A stretch of 64,000 nt of DNA, from the IMG/VR virus record IMGVR_UViG_3300035501_001483; one strand, given 5' to 3'. The notes beneath the pieces were generated by a model that was given only the letters and a program-made list of their open reading frames with translations, searched no databases and had not been told where the DNA came from. Origin of the DNA: a virus (Duplodnaviria; Caudoviricetes). The translations under genes and the position numbers were made by a program. Positions 51,571 to 60,019 of the stretch are shown piece by piece; the stretch's first letter is position 1, and every line of letters begins with the position of its first letter.

Positions 51571-51643
51571 AAGACCATAGCTCAGATGGGAGAGCGTCAG
51601 TCTAATAAACTGAAGGTCGTCGGTTCGAGTCCGGCTGGGTGGC
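51571..51643 (+). tRNA. tRNA-like RNA or pseudo-tRNA, anticodon AAT (Ile), broken acceptor stem
   Basis: D arm gctc/gagc; anticodon arm tcagt-ctAATaa-actga; T arm gtcgg-ttcgagt-ccggc; acceptor stem pairs at only 3-4 of 7 positions. Confidence 0.7.
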
Positions 51644-51735
51644 TGGCGCCCGAAAGGGCGCTGGCTTCTTTCTTGCCGTCAACTCAAAAAAAATTGAGAA
51701 GGATATGCTACCATGAGCATATCCTTCTTTTCATC

Positions 51736-52257
51736 CTAATCATGCCAGAGGTAAATGGTTCCATCGCCAGTACCCCACTTGGTCTTTTTCATATCGATCA
51801 GGCGTTGGTTACTGCTGCCTCTAAAGAGTAGACTGATATCTTTCTTTTCTTGTATGAAGGGGCCGTCTACCAGCACATCAAGATATTCCATCATCAGTTG
51901 GGCACATATACCTACGCCGCCGCATCTGATGTCTTCATAGGTGTATCCAGTATATAGCCAAATGGAAGTATTGGGCACCTCTTCACGCACTCTCTGCACA
52001 AACTTCAACACAGTTCTCTGGTTGGGAGGTGCCAACGGCTCTCCACCCAGAAGGGTAAGACCATTGATCTCCGGCGTTTGCAGGGCAGTGATGATGCTAT
52101 CTTCTACTTCCTTGGTGAAAGGGTCGCCATAGTTGTAAGGCCAGGCAACCTCATTGAAACAGCCAGGGCAATGATGAGGGCATCCAGAGACAAATACTGA
52201 GACTCTCACGCCAGGTCCATCGGCAATGTCAGTCCATTTGATATTTGCATAATTCAT
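51736..52257 (-). CDS. nrdG: Anaerobic ribonucleotide reductase activase
   Basis: DGPGVRVSVFVSGCPHHCPGCFN, LLGGEP, RGSSNQR. Confidence 0.95.
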   Translation of the reverse strand: MNYANIKWTDIADGPGVRVSVFVSGCPHHCPGCFNEVAWPYNYGDPFTKEVEDSIITALQTPEINGLTLLGGEPLAPPNQRTVLKFVQRVREEVPNTSIWLYTGYTYEDIRCGGVGICAQLMMEYLDVLVDGPFIQEKKDISLLFRGSSNQRLIDMKKTKWGTGDGTIYLWHD

Positions 52258-52352
52258 AATGGATAACCTCCTTCAAGAAAGAATAAATGATTGCTCTAGA
52301 TAGGGAATGTAAAAGAGTCTATGGAAATTCGTTCCCATAGACTCTGTTCAGA

Positions 52353-53660
52353 TTAAATGGTGGAGCTTCCGCCCACAAAGGTGGCTTGGACTTGGACTGT
52401 ATACATGGAGCTCTCCTTGGTGAAGGTAGCTGCCATGTTGGAGATCCGATAATGGCCAATATAGTCCTGATATTCCGTGTTATCTGTGGTGAAGATGTAG
52501 TCCTTATTGGGAGAAAGAGCCCGGATATTTACATCTTGCGCCACGATATTGAGCGTTTTCTGAGACTGCTCCATGGTTGTCTTGGCGTGCTCGGCTGTAT
52601 CTTCACCTTCATCCTGGACAACCACACGATTGACGAGGCCTTTCTTGGACGTGGAAAGCTCGGAGACTTTCAGGTCACTATTGAGCGTAGTGACTTCACC
52701 GGTGTTGGAGTTGATAGACAGGATATTGCCACCTACCAACTGATCTCCAAACATAGATTCGTTCGTCACGGAGATGGAGTTGCCGATGATATTGATCGCG
52801 CAGTACTTCTCCTTACCATTGGCATAGAAACCAGACTTCATCGTTGCACTGTCGCCCTTAGCCGGGAAAGACGTTAAGTAGACCGTCTTGATCTCGTTAT
52901 TGATCCAGGCGGTTGCGCCCAGCTTTTTATTGAGGACGTAAATGAAATCATAGTCAAAGAAGACTGTCGTACCTGCCTTGTGAAGGCTGTAGATGTTACA
53001 GGTTCGCAGCAGGCCTTGAGAGGCTGCCAGTGGAGGCAAGATGAGCTGATCGAAGGTCTTTACGTTGTCACTGGGGCTCATCAGAACGTTGGAGAGACCC
53101 AGTTTGGACATATAGTATGCCACGGCATCGGTGGCCGTCGCACCACTCAGCACCTTATTGATGATCTGGTTGGAGTTGAAGATGTGATCGGATCGATAGA
53201 GACCCATCACCAGGGACTTGTTATTATCATAGGCATACTGAGTCGAGGTCTCATCATTATCTTCCAGCTCAGATTTGGCCTTCTCACCAGGAGATGCGCT
53301 GGTCAGCTTTGGGGACTGGTTATCAATGAATGCATAGAAGCGGGTATCCAAGATGGTGCCCATCATGTTGATGGCGGTGTCGGGGTCCATCTCATAAATG
53401 TCTTCAAAGAGGCCATATTCGATCTTCAGGTCTACATAGACATCTTCAGAAGCTTCCATAACGTCGGAGTAGACCTGGTCAGGCACGATGCAACGGAACT
53501 CCAAATAGGGATAGAGATAGTTATCATAGTCCTTCTCAATCACCCAGTTACCAATACGAGCTGGATTCACTTCATAGGGCTCGTCATAGCCAGGGATAAT
53601 CAGGTTGAATTTGCTGATCTTATATTTGGCAAACTTAAACTCTATATCTTTAACATCCAT
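52353..53660 (-). CDS. Putative virion (baseplate/tail) protein
   Basis: Late promoter GACA-N6-TAA at 53703-53715(-); beta-rich. Confidence 0.55.
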   Translation of the reverse strand: MDVKDIEFKFAKYKISKFNLIIPGYDEPYEVNPARIGNWVIEKDYDNYLYPYLEFRCIVPDQVYSDVMEASEDVYVDLKIEYGLFEDIYEMDPDTAINMMGTILDTRFYAFIDNQSPKLTSASPGEKAKSELEDNDETSTQYAYDNNKSLVMGLYRSDHIFNSNQIINKVLSGATATDAVAYYMSKLGLSNVLMSPSDNVKTFDQLILPPLAASQGLLRTCNIYSLHKAGTTVFFDYDFIYVLNKKLGATAWINNEIKTVYLTSFPAKGDSATMKSGFYANGKEKYCAINIIGNSISVTNESMFGDQLVGGNILSINSNTGEVTTLNSDLKVSELSTSKKGLVNRVVVQDEGEDTAEHAKTTMEQSQKTLNIVAQDVNIRALSPNKDYIFTTDNTEYQDYIGHYRISNMAATFTKESSMYTVQVQATFVGGSSTI

Positions 53661-53825
53661 TTCAAAGATTCGCCTTCTTCACTTCGAGGGATTGCTTCTT
53701 GATTAGCCGATTGTCAATGGGCTCGAAATTGGTGTGAGAGATGAGAATAACAGAGCGATAAAATTCTGACTTTTATCGTACTATGTACATATAGAAGATA
53801 ATACCTTTTGAAGGAGGAGAATTTT

Positions 53826-54017
53826 ATGGCACTTCCTGACGTAAACACCATTCGTGAGTACTACCTGAGTGGTAAGTGGAACGATAGAATGCTGCAGGTG
53901 GCGTTGGTCTGCAAAGCCATCACCAAGGACGATGTGGAGTCCATCAAGGCCGAGAAAGCCGCCGCTGCTGAGAAGTCTACCAAAAAGAGCAGCAAGAAGA
54001 GCAAGGCTACTACCTGA
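53826..54017 (+). CDS. XkdX-like small phage protein
   Basis: IREYYLSGKW...AITKDD pattern; aaggagg SD. Confidence 0.6.
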   Translation: MALPDVNTIREYYLSGKWNDRMLQVALVCKAITKDDVESIKAEKAAAAEKSTKKSSKKSKATT

Positions 54018-54061
54018 AAGAAGAGACGATACCTGACGGCGCAGGTATCGTCTCTTCTTTT

Positions 54062-54265
54062 AAGTCGTTCAAGGAACGACTGTTCATGCTTAAAACCATA
54101 TCTTAGATGCTTAAAGTAAGTAGAAACGGCCTGGCGAAAGACCGAATCCAGGGATAATTGCTGTTTACGCTTAGTGTTGGAAATTTCTGGAAATATATTT
54201 ACTTAATGGTTGATAGGTTATGGCTGCACACCGACTGGCGCGGATACCGCGCCAAAATACAGTTT
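54062..54265 (+). repeat. Cassette 3 structured leader
   Basis: Near-identical to the cassette 1 leader in inverted orientation. Confidence 0.85.
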
Positions 54266-54604
54266 ATGGCAAATAGTATAAGCATGAATCCATTCAATAT
54301 AACGTCGAATATAGCAAATTACAAAGGATACTGGGTAGCAGGGAGTCCTTCCAAATCAATAACTGTTACACTTAGTCCAGTTGCTATTTATGCGGTTTGC
54401 TGGGCATCGGGTCCGTTTCCTGTCTTATTCAGCAATGGATTTCCATTAGCACCTAGCGGTTCTGTATACTTTTCAACGAGCGACTCAACTATTGCAAATC
54501 CTCAGGCTTGTGCATCCATGAGCGCCACTGGTGATACAATATCATGTGCATGTTCGACGTATAAAGTATGCATAATAGCATTTATCGTAACGGATATTTC
54601 ATAA
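54266..54604 (+). CDS. Cassette 3 ORF: AT-rich adhesin-like protein (MANSISMN...)
   Basis: ATG placed by alignment with cassette 1; no SD. Confidence 0.65.
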   Translation: MANSISMNPFNITSNIANYKGYWVAGSPSKSITVTLSPVAIYAVCWASGPFPVLFSNGFPLAPSGSVYFSTSDSTIANPQACASMSATGDTISCACSTYKVCIIAFIVTDIS

Positions 54605-54668
54605 TTGCATCTCTTTAATACTCACAACCCAAAAGACAACCCTCCAAAATATAAGGAGGGTTGTCTTT

Positions 54669-55565
54669 ATGGACAAGATTTCTATTCCGGAGATGGCTTA
54701 TACGCATTCTGGCATTTTCCATGCGGATGATGTCTGTGCTTATGCCTTTCTAAGCATTATCAATCCTCAAATTACGCTGACTAGACTTACCCGCGTCGAT
54801 CAGGACGTCTGGGATCTGGTCGCACAGTCTCCTGAGAAGATCATCGTATTTGATATTGGAGGAGGCAAGTATGATCACCATACCAAAGAGACCATCGAGT
54901 ACCGTGACCAGGAGAATAAGCTCAATCCATATTCATCTTTTGGCAAAATTGTGCGGGATTTCTGGCCTTATGTGCTGAATAACGAGAAGGCGTATGAGGT
55001 CTTCGATAACAGTTTTGTGCTGGGAATCGATATGCAAGACGCATCGGGCTCCATGTGGCATGGCGTCGTGAATACGTTTTCTATGTCCATTGGTTCATTT
55101 AATGGCCTTTGGACAGAGCCGCAGTCTGATGAGTTACAGCTCAAACGTTTCAAGAAAGCCACCTCTTATGCCAAGGAAGTCATCTTGCGGTATATCGCAC
55201 GTGCCAATTCCACTGCAGAAGCCGATTCCATCGTACTAAAAGCGTTGGAGAGTAAGACGCCTGGCGCGCATCATCTGTATCTAGATAAATACGTACCTTA
55301 CGCATCCACGCTGAATCGCGTCAATGCCGATGTCAACTGGGTCATTTATCCGTCTATGCGTATCGGCTGGCAGATCTATGCCGTCGTTGATCTCCATAAT
55401 AAAGACAAGCAACTTATCCCTGAGGATATGGCAGAACGTTGGCGCAAAGATCCGGACTGCATCTTCGTGCATCCTAGCGGCTTTACGGCATGCTTTAAGT
55501 TCCCTGATAAGGCTATCAAAGCATGCATCGAATTGGACGACCTTTATGACGACTTAAACTCATGA
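54669..55565 (+). CDS. MYG1-family (DHH-like) exonuclease
   Basis: THSGIFHADD, DIGGGKYDHH, FVHPSGF. Confidence 0.88.
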   Translation: MDKISIPEMAYTHSGIFHADDVCAYAFLSIINPQITLTRLTRVDQDVWDLVAQSPEKIIVFDIGGGKYDHHTKETIEYRDQENKLNPYSSFGKIVRDFWPYVLNNEKAYEVFDNSFVLGIDMQDASGSMWHGVVNTFSMSIGSFNGLWTEPQSDELQLKRFKKATSYAKEVILRYIARANSTAEADSIVLKALESKTPGAHHLYLDKYVPYASTLNRVNADVNWVIYPSMRIGWQIYAVVDLHNKDKQLIPEDMAERWRKDPDCIFVHPSGFTACFKFPDKAIKACIELDDLYDDLNS

Positions 55566-55688
55566 ATTTACGAGTCCCTTGGATTTCCAAGGGACTCTTT
55601 ATCCGTATATCATTCTTGTGGTTGAAGAAAGAACTGTTTACAGCGAGATTCCTTGAATCCTCATAGTCATAAAAGTGACGATGAAAGG

Positions 55689-56435
55689 ATGGATAAGCAC
55701 AACATGTGGAATGCTATCAAGGAAGCTGTAAAGGCCGGCCTGGAAGTTATGTCCAAGGCTCCGGTCAGCGGCATCATTAAAGCTGGCATCTTCGTGGGTG
55801 TTGCCGGCTTCACTCTCTGGGTGATGATTCGCCGCACCAAGAAGATGCATGAAGACGCACAGGAAAAGCGTTATACCTCTCCCGTGGATGAGATCCTGGG
55901 CAAGAGCTATGCGACCGATCCTGACGTCTATGATGATATGGATCCCATCGCCAAGAAGATCTGCAAGAAGCTGAATCGTGGCTGGAAGAGCAAGAAAAAG
56001 CGCAAGAAAGAAGCCGCCAAGCGTGCTCAGCGCGAAGTTCGCTATAAGACGGTCTCCGTGTTTGACGATGATGACTTTGATCTCAATGCTGACGAAGAAG
56101 CTGAAGAAGAGGCGCCTGCTAAGAAGAGCACTTCTAAGAAGGAGTATCACTTCTATGAGGACGCCAATGATATGCTCATGGCTGAAAGCGCTCGTCGTAA
56201 GCGCAAGAAGAATCCCGCCAAGGTGAAGAAAGCCAAGGAGAACTATCGCCGGAATAAGGCAAAGAAGAGCTCCATGGAGACTTTGGCCAAAGAGTGGAAG
56301 GAAAGCGGCGTTGCCGACTCCAAGACCGCCAAGAAGCGCCTGGACGAGATCGCTCGTGAGCTGGGCCTGCCCGTTGACGATATCGACGACAGAATCAGCG
56401 AAGAGACTCGCAAAGCTAATCCTTCCCTGTTTTAA
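55689..56435 (+). CDS. Membrane-anchored lysine-rich protein
   Basis: Single TM; ATATCATT motif upstream; start uncertain. Confidence 0.7.
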   Translation: MDKHNMWNAIKEAVKAGLEVMSKAPVSGIIKAGIFVGVAGFTLWVMIRRTKKMHEDAQEKRYTSPVDEILGKSYATDPDVYDDMDPIAKKICKKLNRGWKSKKKRKKEAAKRAQREVRYKTVSVFDDDDFDLNADEEAEEEAPAKKSTSKKEYHFYEDANDMLMAESARRKRKKNPAKVKKAKENYRRNKAKKSSMETLAKEWKESGVADSKTAKKRLDEIARELGLPVDDIDDRISEETRKANPSLF

Positions 56436-56526
56436 GGGAGAAGTCAAAGGGTAAAGCGCCAAAGAGGACCACTGCCGTAAGGTAGTGGTCCTCTATGTTT
56501 CTGAAATGGGAAAGTGCGCTCTTTTT

Positions 56527-57006
56527 TTATTGGAGGGTATAAAAGATAAGATCATATTGAATTTTCAATGTTACGCCAGATGATCCCAAGCTTGACCATA
56601 ACATATAATCCTCACCAGGATATGCTATAAGAGTACCAGTTGATGTTAGATTATACGTATTGGTCGTAACACTATAAATACTGCCGTTATATGCGTTGGC
56701 ATAGTACACATCAAGCCCGTTAGGATACCATGTATTACCGTCCGACGACAACTTTGGAGTCATCCTAGAGAAATGAATGTAGAAATTATTATATGACGAT
56801 ATTGAAAATGACATGTTATGAAATATAAATACGTACGTGAATGGACTGTATTGTATGAAACTGCTACTGTATAATGGTAATTGGGTATATGGTATAGCAT
56901 AATACGAAGACCCTGATTGCGCACTAACGGTGACGTTTTGAGCAACAGTAACTGATTTTATTGATACACCTAGCGTCACATCATGATTGAGAATTGCATT
57001 GCCCAT
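56527..57006 (-). CDS. Cassette 4 ORF: AT-rich S/Y/T-rich adhesin-like protein
   Basis: Atypical codon usage; no SD. Confidence 0.65.
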   Translation of the reverse strand: MGNAILNHDVTLGVSIKSVTVAQNVTVSAQSGSSYYAIPYTQLPLYSSSFIQYSPFTYVFIFHNMSFSISSYNNFYIHFSRMTPKLSSDGNTWYPNGLDVYYANAYNGSIYSVTTNTYNLTSTGTLIAYPGEDYMLWSSLGSSGVTLKIQYDLIFYTLQ

Positions 57007-57144
57007 TGAGGTCTGTGGCGACGCCGAAGGCGTCGCCCGGATGAGCCTATACGGCGCCCTACCCTGGAAATTCCGCTTAAAAATTTACGCAGGCGGGCCA
57101 ATTCCGCTTAGAAAGCTCCACTTGGAACAGTCCTTACAGGACTT
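57007..57144 (-). repeat. Cassette 4 structured leader
   Basis: agtcct-gta-aggact-gtt; 20-mer identical to cassette 2; ggcgacgcc-ttc-ggcgtcgcc before the ATG. Confidence 0.8.
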
Positions 57145-57180
57145 AAAAGACTACTTACCTTGCGGTAAGTAGTCTTTTAT

Positions 57181-57783
57181 TTACCCTTCAATGGAGTATT
57201 CGGTATTGGCGGTCTTGACGAAGCGGCCACTCTGCGGGTCATTGCAATCACTGAGCACGATCACGTGCCCGTACCACAGGTTGTCATCGTCGAACCAGTA
57301 ACTGACGGTCACCCCGTCATTGTGCACGTCGAATGACATCGTCTCCAACTTGATACGAGAAGCAATATCGGACGCTTTCTTGGGCGTATATGCCTCGCCA
57401 GACTCGCTCCATTCCCAAGGGCCGTTCTTGCCGTTGGTGCTGTTGGAGTCCTCGATGATCATATCCACCAACGTTTTGTGCGCTTGGCCAATGGCCGCAA
57501 AGGCAGTCTTGATCGCTCGGGCATTGACATCGGTAAGTTCAGCATCTCTGTCAATGTAGATGGCCACATTGAAGCCTTCCACGATACCGCCGACACGATG
57601 CTTGCCAAATCGATCGTCGACGTCGCTTTGTCTGGCATCCTCAATAAGAGCGGACAGATTGGAATATTTCTTCAGATTTTTAACGAACTCACGCTGGACT
57701 TGGGAAACTTTGCGGTTCTTGAATTTGCTGATGATGCCTTCAGTGGCAGCGACATATTCGCTCATTGATTGAATTCGATCCAT
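57181..57783 (-). CDS. Putative internal head protein, paralog of 59382-60005
   Basis: Shared EG(I/V)ISKF, GKNGPWxWxESG and FDDxxLWxGH; AATE propeptide-like segment. Confidence 0.75.
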   Translation of the reverse strand: MDRIQSMSEYVAATEGIISKFKNRKVSQVQREFVKNLKKYSNLSALIEDARQSDVDDRFGKHRVGGIVEGFNVAIYIDRDAELTDVNARAIKTAFAAIGQAHKTLVDMIIEDSNSTNGKNGPWEWSESGEAYTPKKASDIASRIKLETMSFDVHNDGVTVSYWFDDDNLWYGHVIVLSDCNDPQSGRFVKTANTEYSIEG

Positions 57784-57892
57784 AATTGTAGTCTCCTTTA
57801 GAAGGTTTGGTAGTGAATTTCATTTATAGCGCCCCATGCCTCTGAGCCGAGGCGGAGCCCGGCGAAGAGGCATGGGGCGCTAACAGGCTCGC

Positions 57893-58771
57893 TTACGAGC
57901 CGCTCTTCACTGATTGCGCGTTCTTGAAAGGCGGAACCAGATCAATCAGCACATCTTCATACACGAATTCATCGGAGATATGCTCATAATCCCATCCCTC
58001 AACTTTGACGCCAAGTTTATTGAGCTCTCGTACGAGAGCATCCACGTGCTTCTCTACAATAGCGTTGCTTGCTTTGGCATATGCCATGAGCACTTCGTGC
58101 GACTTAGACTTCAACTGCTTCTTCTCGTTCTCACTGGCATAAAATGACGTACCGATCGCATCATCGTCGAGGTAGTACTCTTTGACCATGTAGAACGGGA
58201 TCGCCTGGCCAACCAGCAGGTGACTGAAGTTGGTATCGGCGTACTTCAAGTAGCTCTCAGCCGTCATGTAGTCGAACCACATGTCAGCATATTCGCTTTT
58301 CTCCGCTCGATACATGACCTCAAAGTCTTTGAACTCTTTCTTCTCCGTAAGATATTTCAAGTCTTTGAGAATCGCATCGTTGCACTGCTTGTGCAGACGG
58401 CTGATTGTCGGGCCGTATTTGGCCTCATAGGCTTTCATCTTCTCGATATATTCAGGATAAGGCATGCCAAGTACTACTGTAGACTGCAGCTTTGCCTGGG
58501 CTTTGGCATCACGTTTGGCAGCGGCGTTGGCTTTTCGTTGCTCTGTCCGTGCCTTCACCTTGGGGTTATTCTTGTAAGCGTTCCAGGCTTTGCTTGCGAT
58601 CATATCAACGATCTTGGCGCAGAGTTCATACGCCTTCATAATCAGATAGCCACCGCCCACAACGATGCCCGTCGCGAGAATGCCAGCTGTAAGATCCTCA
58701 TTGGCTGGTGCGCAATTGTAATACTCAGCAAAGCCAGCAATACGGTCATATTTTTCATCAGAGAAATTCAT
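57893..58771 (-). CDS. Hypothetical protein (possible internal head protein)
   Basis: PANE followed by a hydrophobic segment; overlaps the Nudix stop. Confidence 0.7.
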   Translation of the reverse strand: MNFSDEKYDRIAGFAEYYNCAPANEDLTAGILATGIVVGGGYLIMKAYELCAKIVDMIASKAWNAYKNNPKVKARTEQRKANAAAKRDAKAQAKLQSTVVLGMPYPEYIEKMKAYEAKYGPTISRLHKQCNDAILKDLKYLTEKKEFKDFEVMYRAEKSEYADMWFDYMTAESYLKYADTNFSHLLVGQAIPFYMVKEYYLDDDAIGTSFYASENEKKQLKSKSHEVLMAYAKASNAIVEKHVDALVRELNKLGVKVEGWDYEHISDEFVYEDVLIDLVPPFKNAQSVKSGS

Positions 58772-59298
58772 AATTCTGACCTCCGATATTGATTGATGGC
58801 GTCCTTATGCTCTTTGCGGAGAACCTTCATCGCTTCATCTAAGGCGATCCAGTCGCCACTTGCGATGGAGTCACTTCGATCTCGTGGATCTACATAACCC
58901 GTGAACTTGTCATGGTATTCTCCGACATAGACATCGGTCACCATGCCGTCGTACTTCACCGGCAGTTGAGCCATCCACTTGGGAGCAGCTTTATCTGTCC
59001 CATAATTTACCATGTAGCGGCCATACTTCTTCAGATGGCGTGGTGTAATATGCGCTTCTTCCTGGCACTCATTGACGGCCTGTGCTTGATCATCAACGTC
59101 CTTCTCCGTAGAGCCACCAGGTACTGCATATCCTTTATCTTTCTTGGCGATATAGACGCTATCGCCATTGAGAATCAAGCACTCCACCCGATGCCTATAG
59201 TTCTTACCATTGATTTTCACCAGAGAGTTCCAGGTTCCGTCATGGTAGAAACCCGCATCAGATTCCAGTGCTTTCATAAATTCCGCAATTCGATCCAT
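58768..59298 (-). CDS. Nudix hydrolase
   Basis: PGGSTEKDVDDQAQAVNECQEEAHI Nudix-like box. Confidence 0.8.
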   Translation of the reverse strand: MDRIAEFMKALESDAGFYHDGTWNSLVKINGKNYRHRVECLILNGDSVYIAKKDKGYAVPGGSTEKDVDDQAQAVNECQEEAHITPRHLKKYGRYMVNYGTDKAAPKWMAQLPVKYDGMVTDVYVGEYHDKFTGYVDPRDRSDSIASGDWIALDEAMKVLRKEHKDAINQYRRSEL

Positions 59299-59381
59299 GA
59301 AAATCCTCCTTTACGGTATTAGGAAAATGTCGGAAGACCGTGCATTGCGACACTTTTCTAATAGCATAAAGGAGGATTCTA

Positions 59382-60005
59382 ATGGATATTATTCAGGATT
59401 TCACCTCTATGGTTGCCATGGAAGGCGTCATCAGCAAATTCAGAAATCGTCATGTGTCTCAGAAGCAGTATGCCAATGCTGCCGGCAAGACGCACTACGC
59501 CAATATCAATGCTATGATTCAAGACCTTATCAATAATGGCGAGACTGATTCATCGGGCTGGAAAGTGGTCGACGGCTACTGCGAAGGCCTGAGCATTACG
59601 CTCAATGCTGATAAGGATCTCGATACGATCACGCCGGAGCATCAGCGCGCCATCAAGACCGTATTCTCCAGCATTGGCCAAGCACAGAAGATGCTCGCCG
59701 AGATGATCGTTAAAGAATATAACGATTCACAGGGCAAGAATGGCCCGTGGGTATGGACGGAATCTGGCGCAGAATTCTCGCCTAAGAAAGCCAGTGACGT
59801 TACTTCCAAGATCAAGTTGGAAGGCGTCGATATCCGCATTCACAGCAAGGAAGGAATCTATCACGCCGATGGGATCGCTGCGGATTTCTACTTTGACGAT
59901 GGCGATCTCTGGTGGGGTCATTGTATCATCCTGCACGATATTGCCGATCCCAAATCTGGCCGTTTGACGGTCACTGATAAGACTGAGTATGAAATTGCTG
60001 GTTAA
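59382..60005 (+). CDS. Putative internal head protein, paralog of 57181-57783
   Basis: Clear similarity to the paralog; late promoter at 59349. Confidence 0.75.
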   Translation: MDIIQDFTSMVAMEGVISKFRNRHVSQKQYANAAGKTHYANINAMIQDLINNGETDSSGWKVVDGYCEGLSITLNADKDLDTITPEHQRAIKTVFSSIGQAQKMLAEMIVKEYNDSQGKNGPWVWTESGAEFSPKKASDVTSKIKLEGVDIRIHSKEGIYHADGIAADFYFDDGDLWWGHCIILHDIADPKSGRLTVTDKTEYEIAG

Positions 60006-60019
60006 ACCGGGAGGCTACA

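Noticed and set aside
25145-57006. Cassette ORFs as remote targets of this DGR
   Set aside because: None shows similarity to the TR/IMH at its 3' end, and many codons end in A, which AAY mutagenesis would not produce.
57827-57930. Second VR at the end of 57893-58771 suggested by the downstream GC hairpin
   Set aside because: No sequence similarity to the TR.
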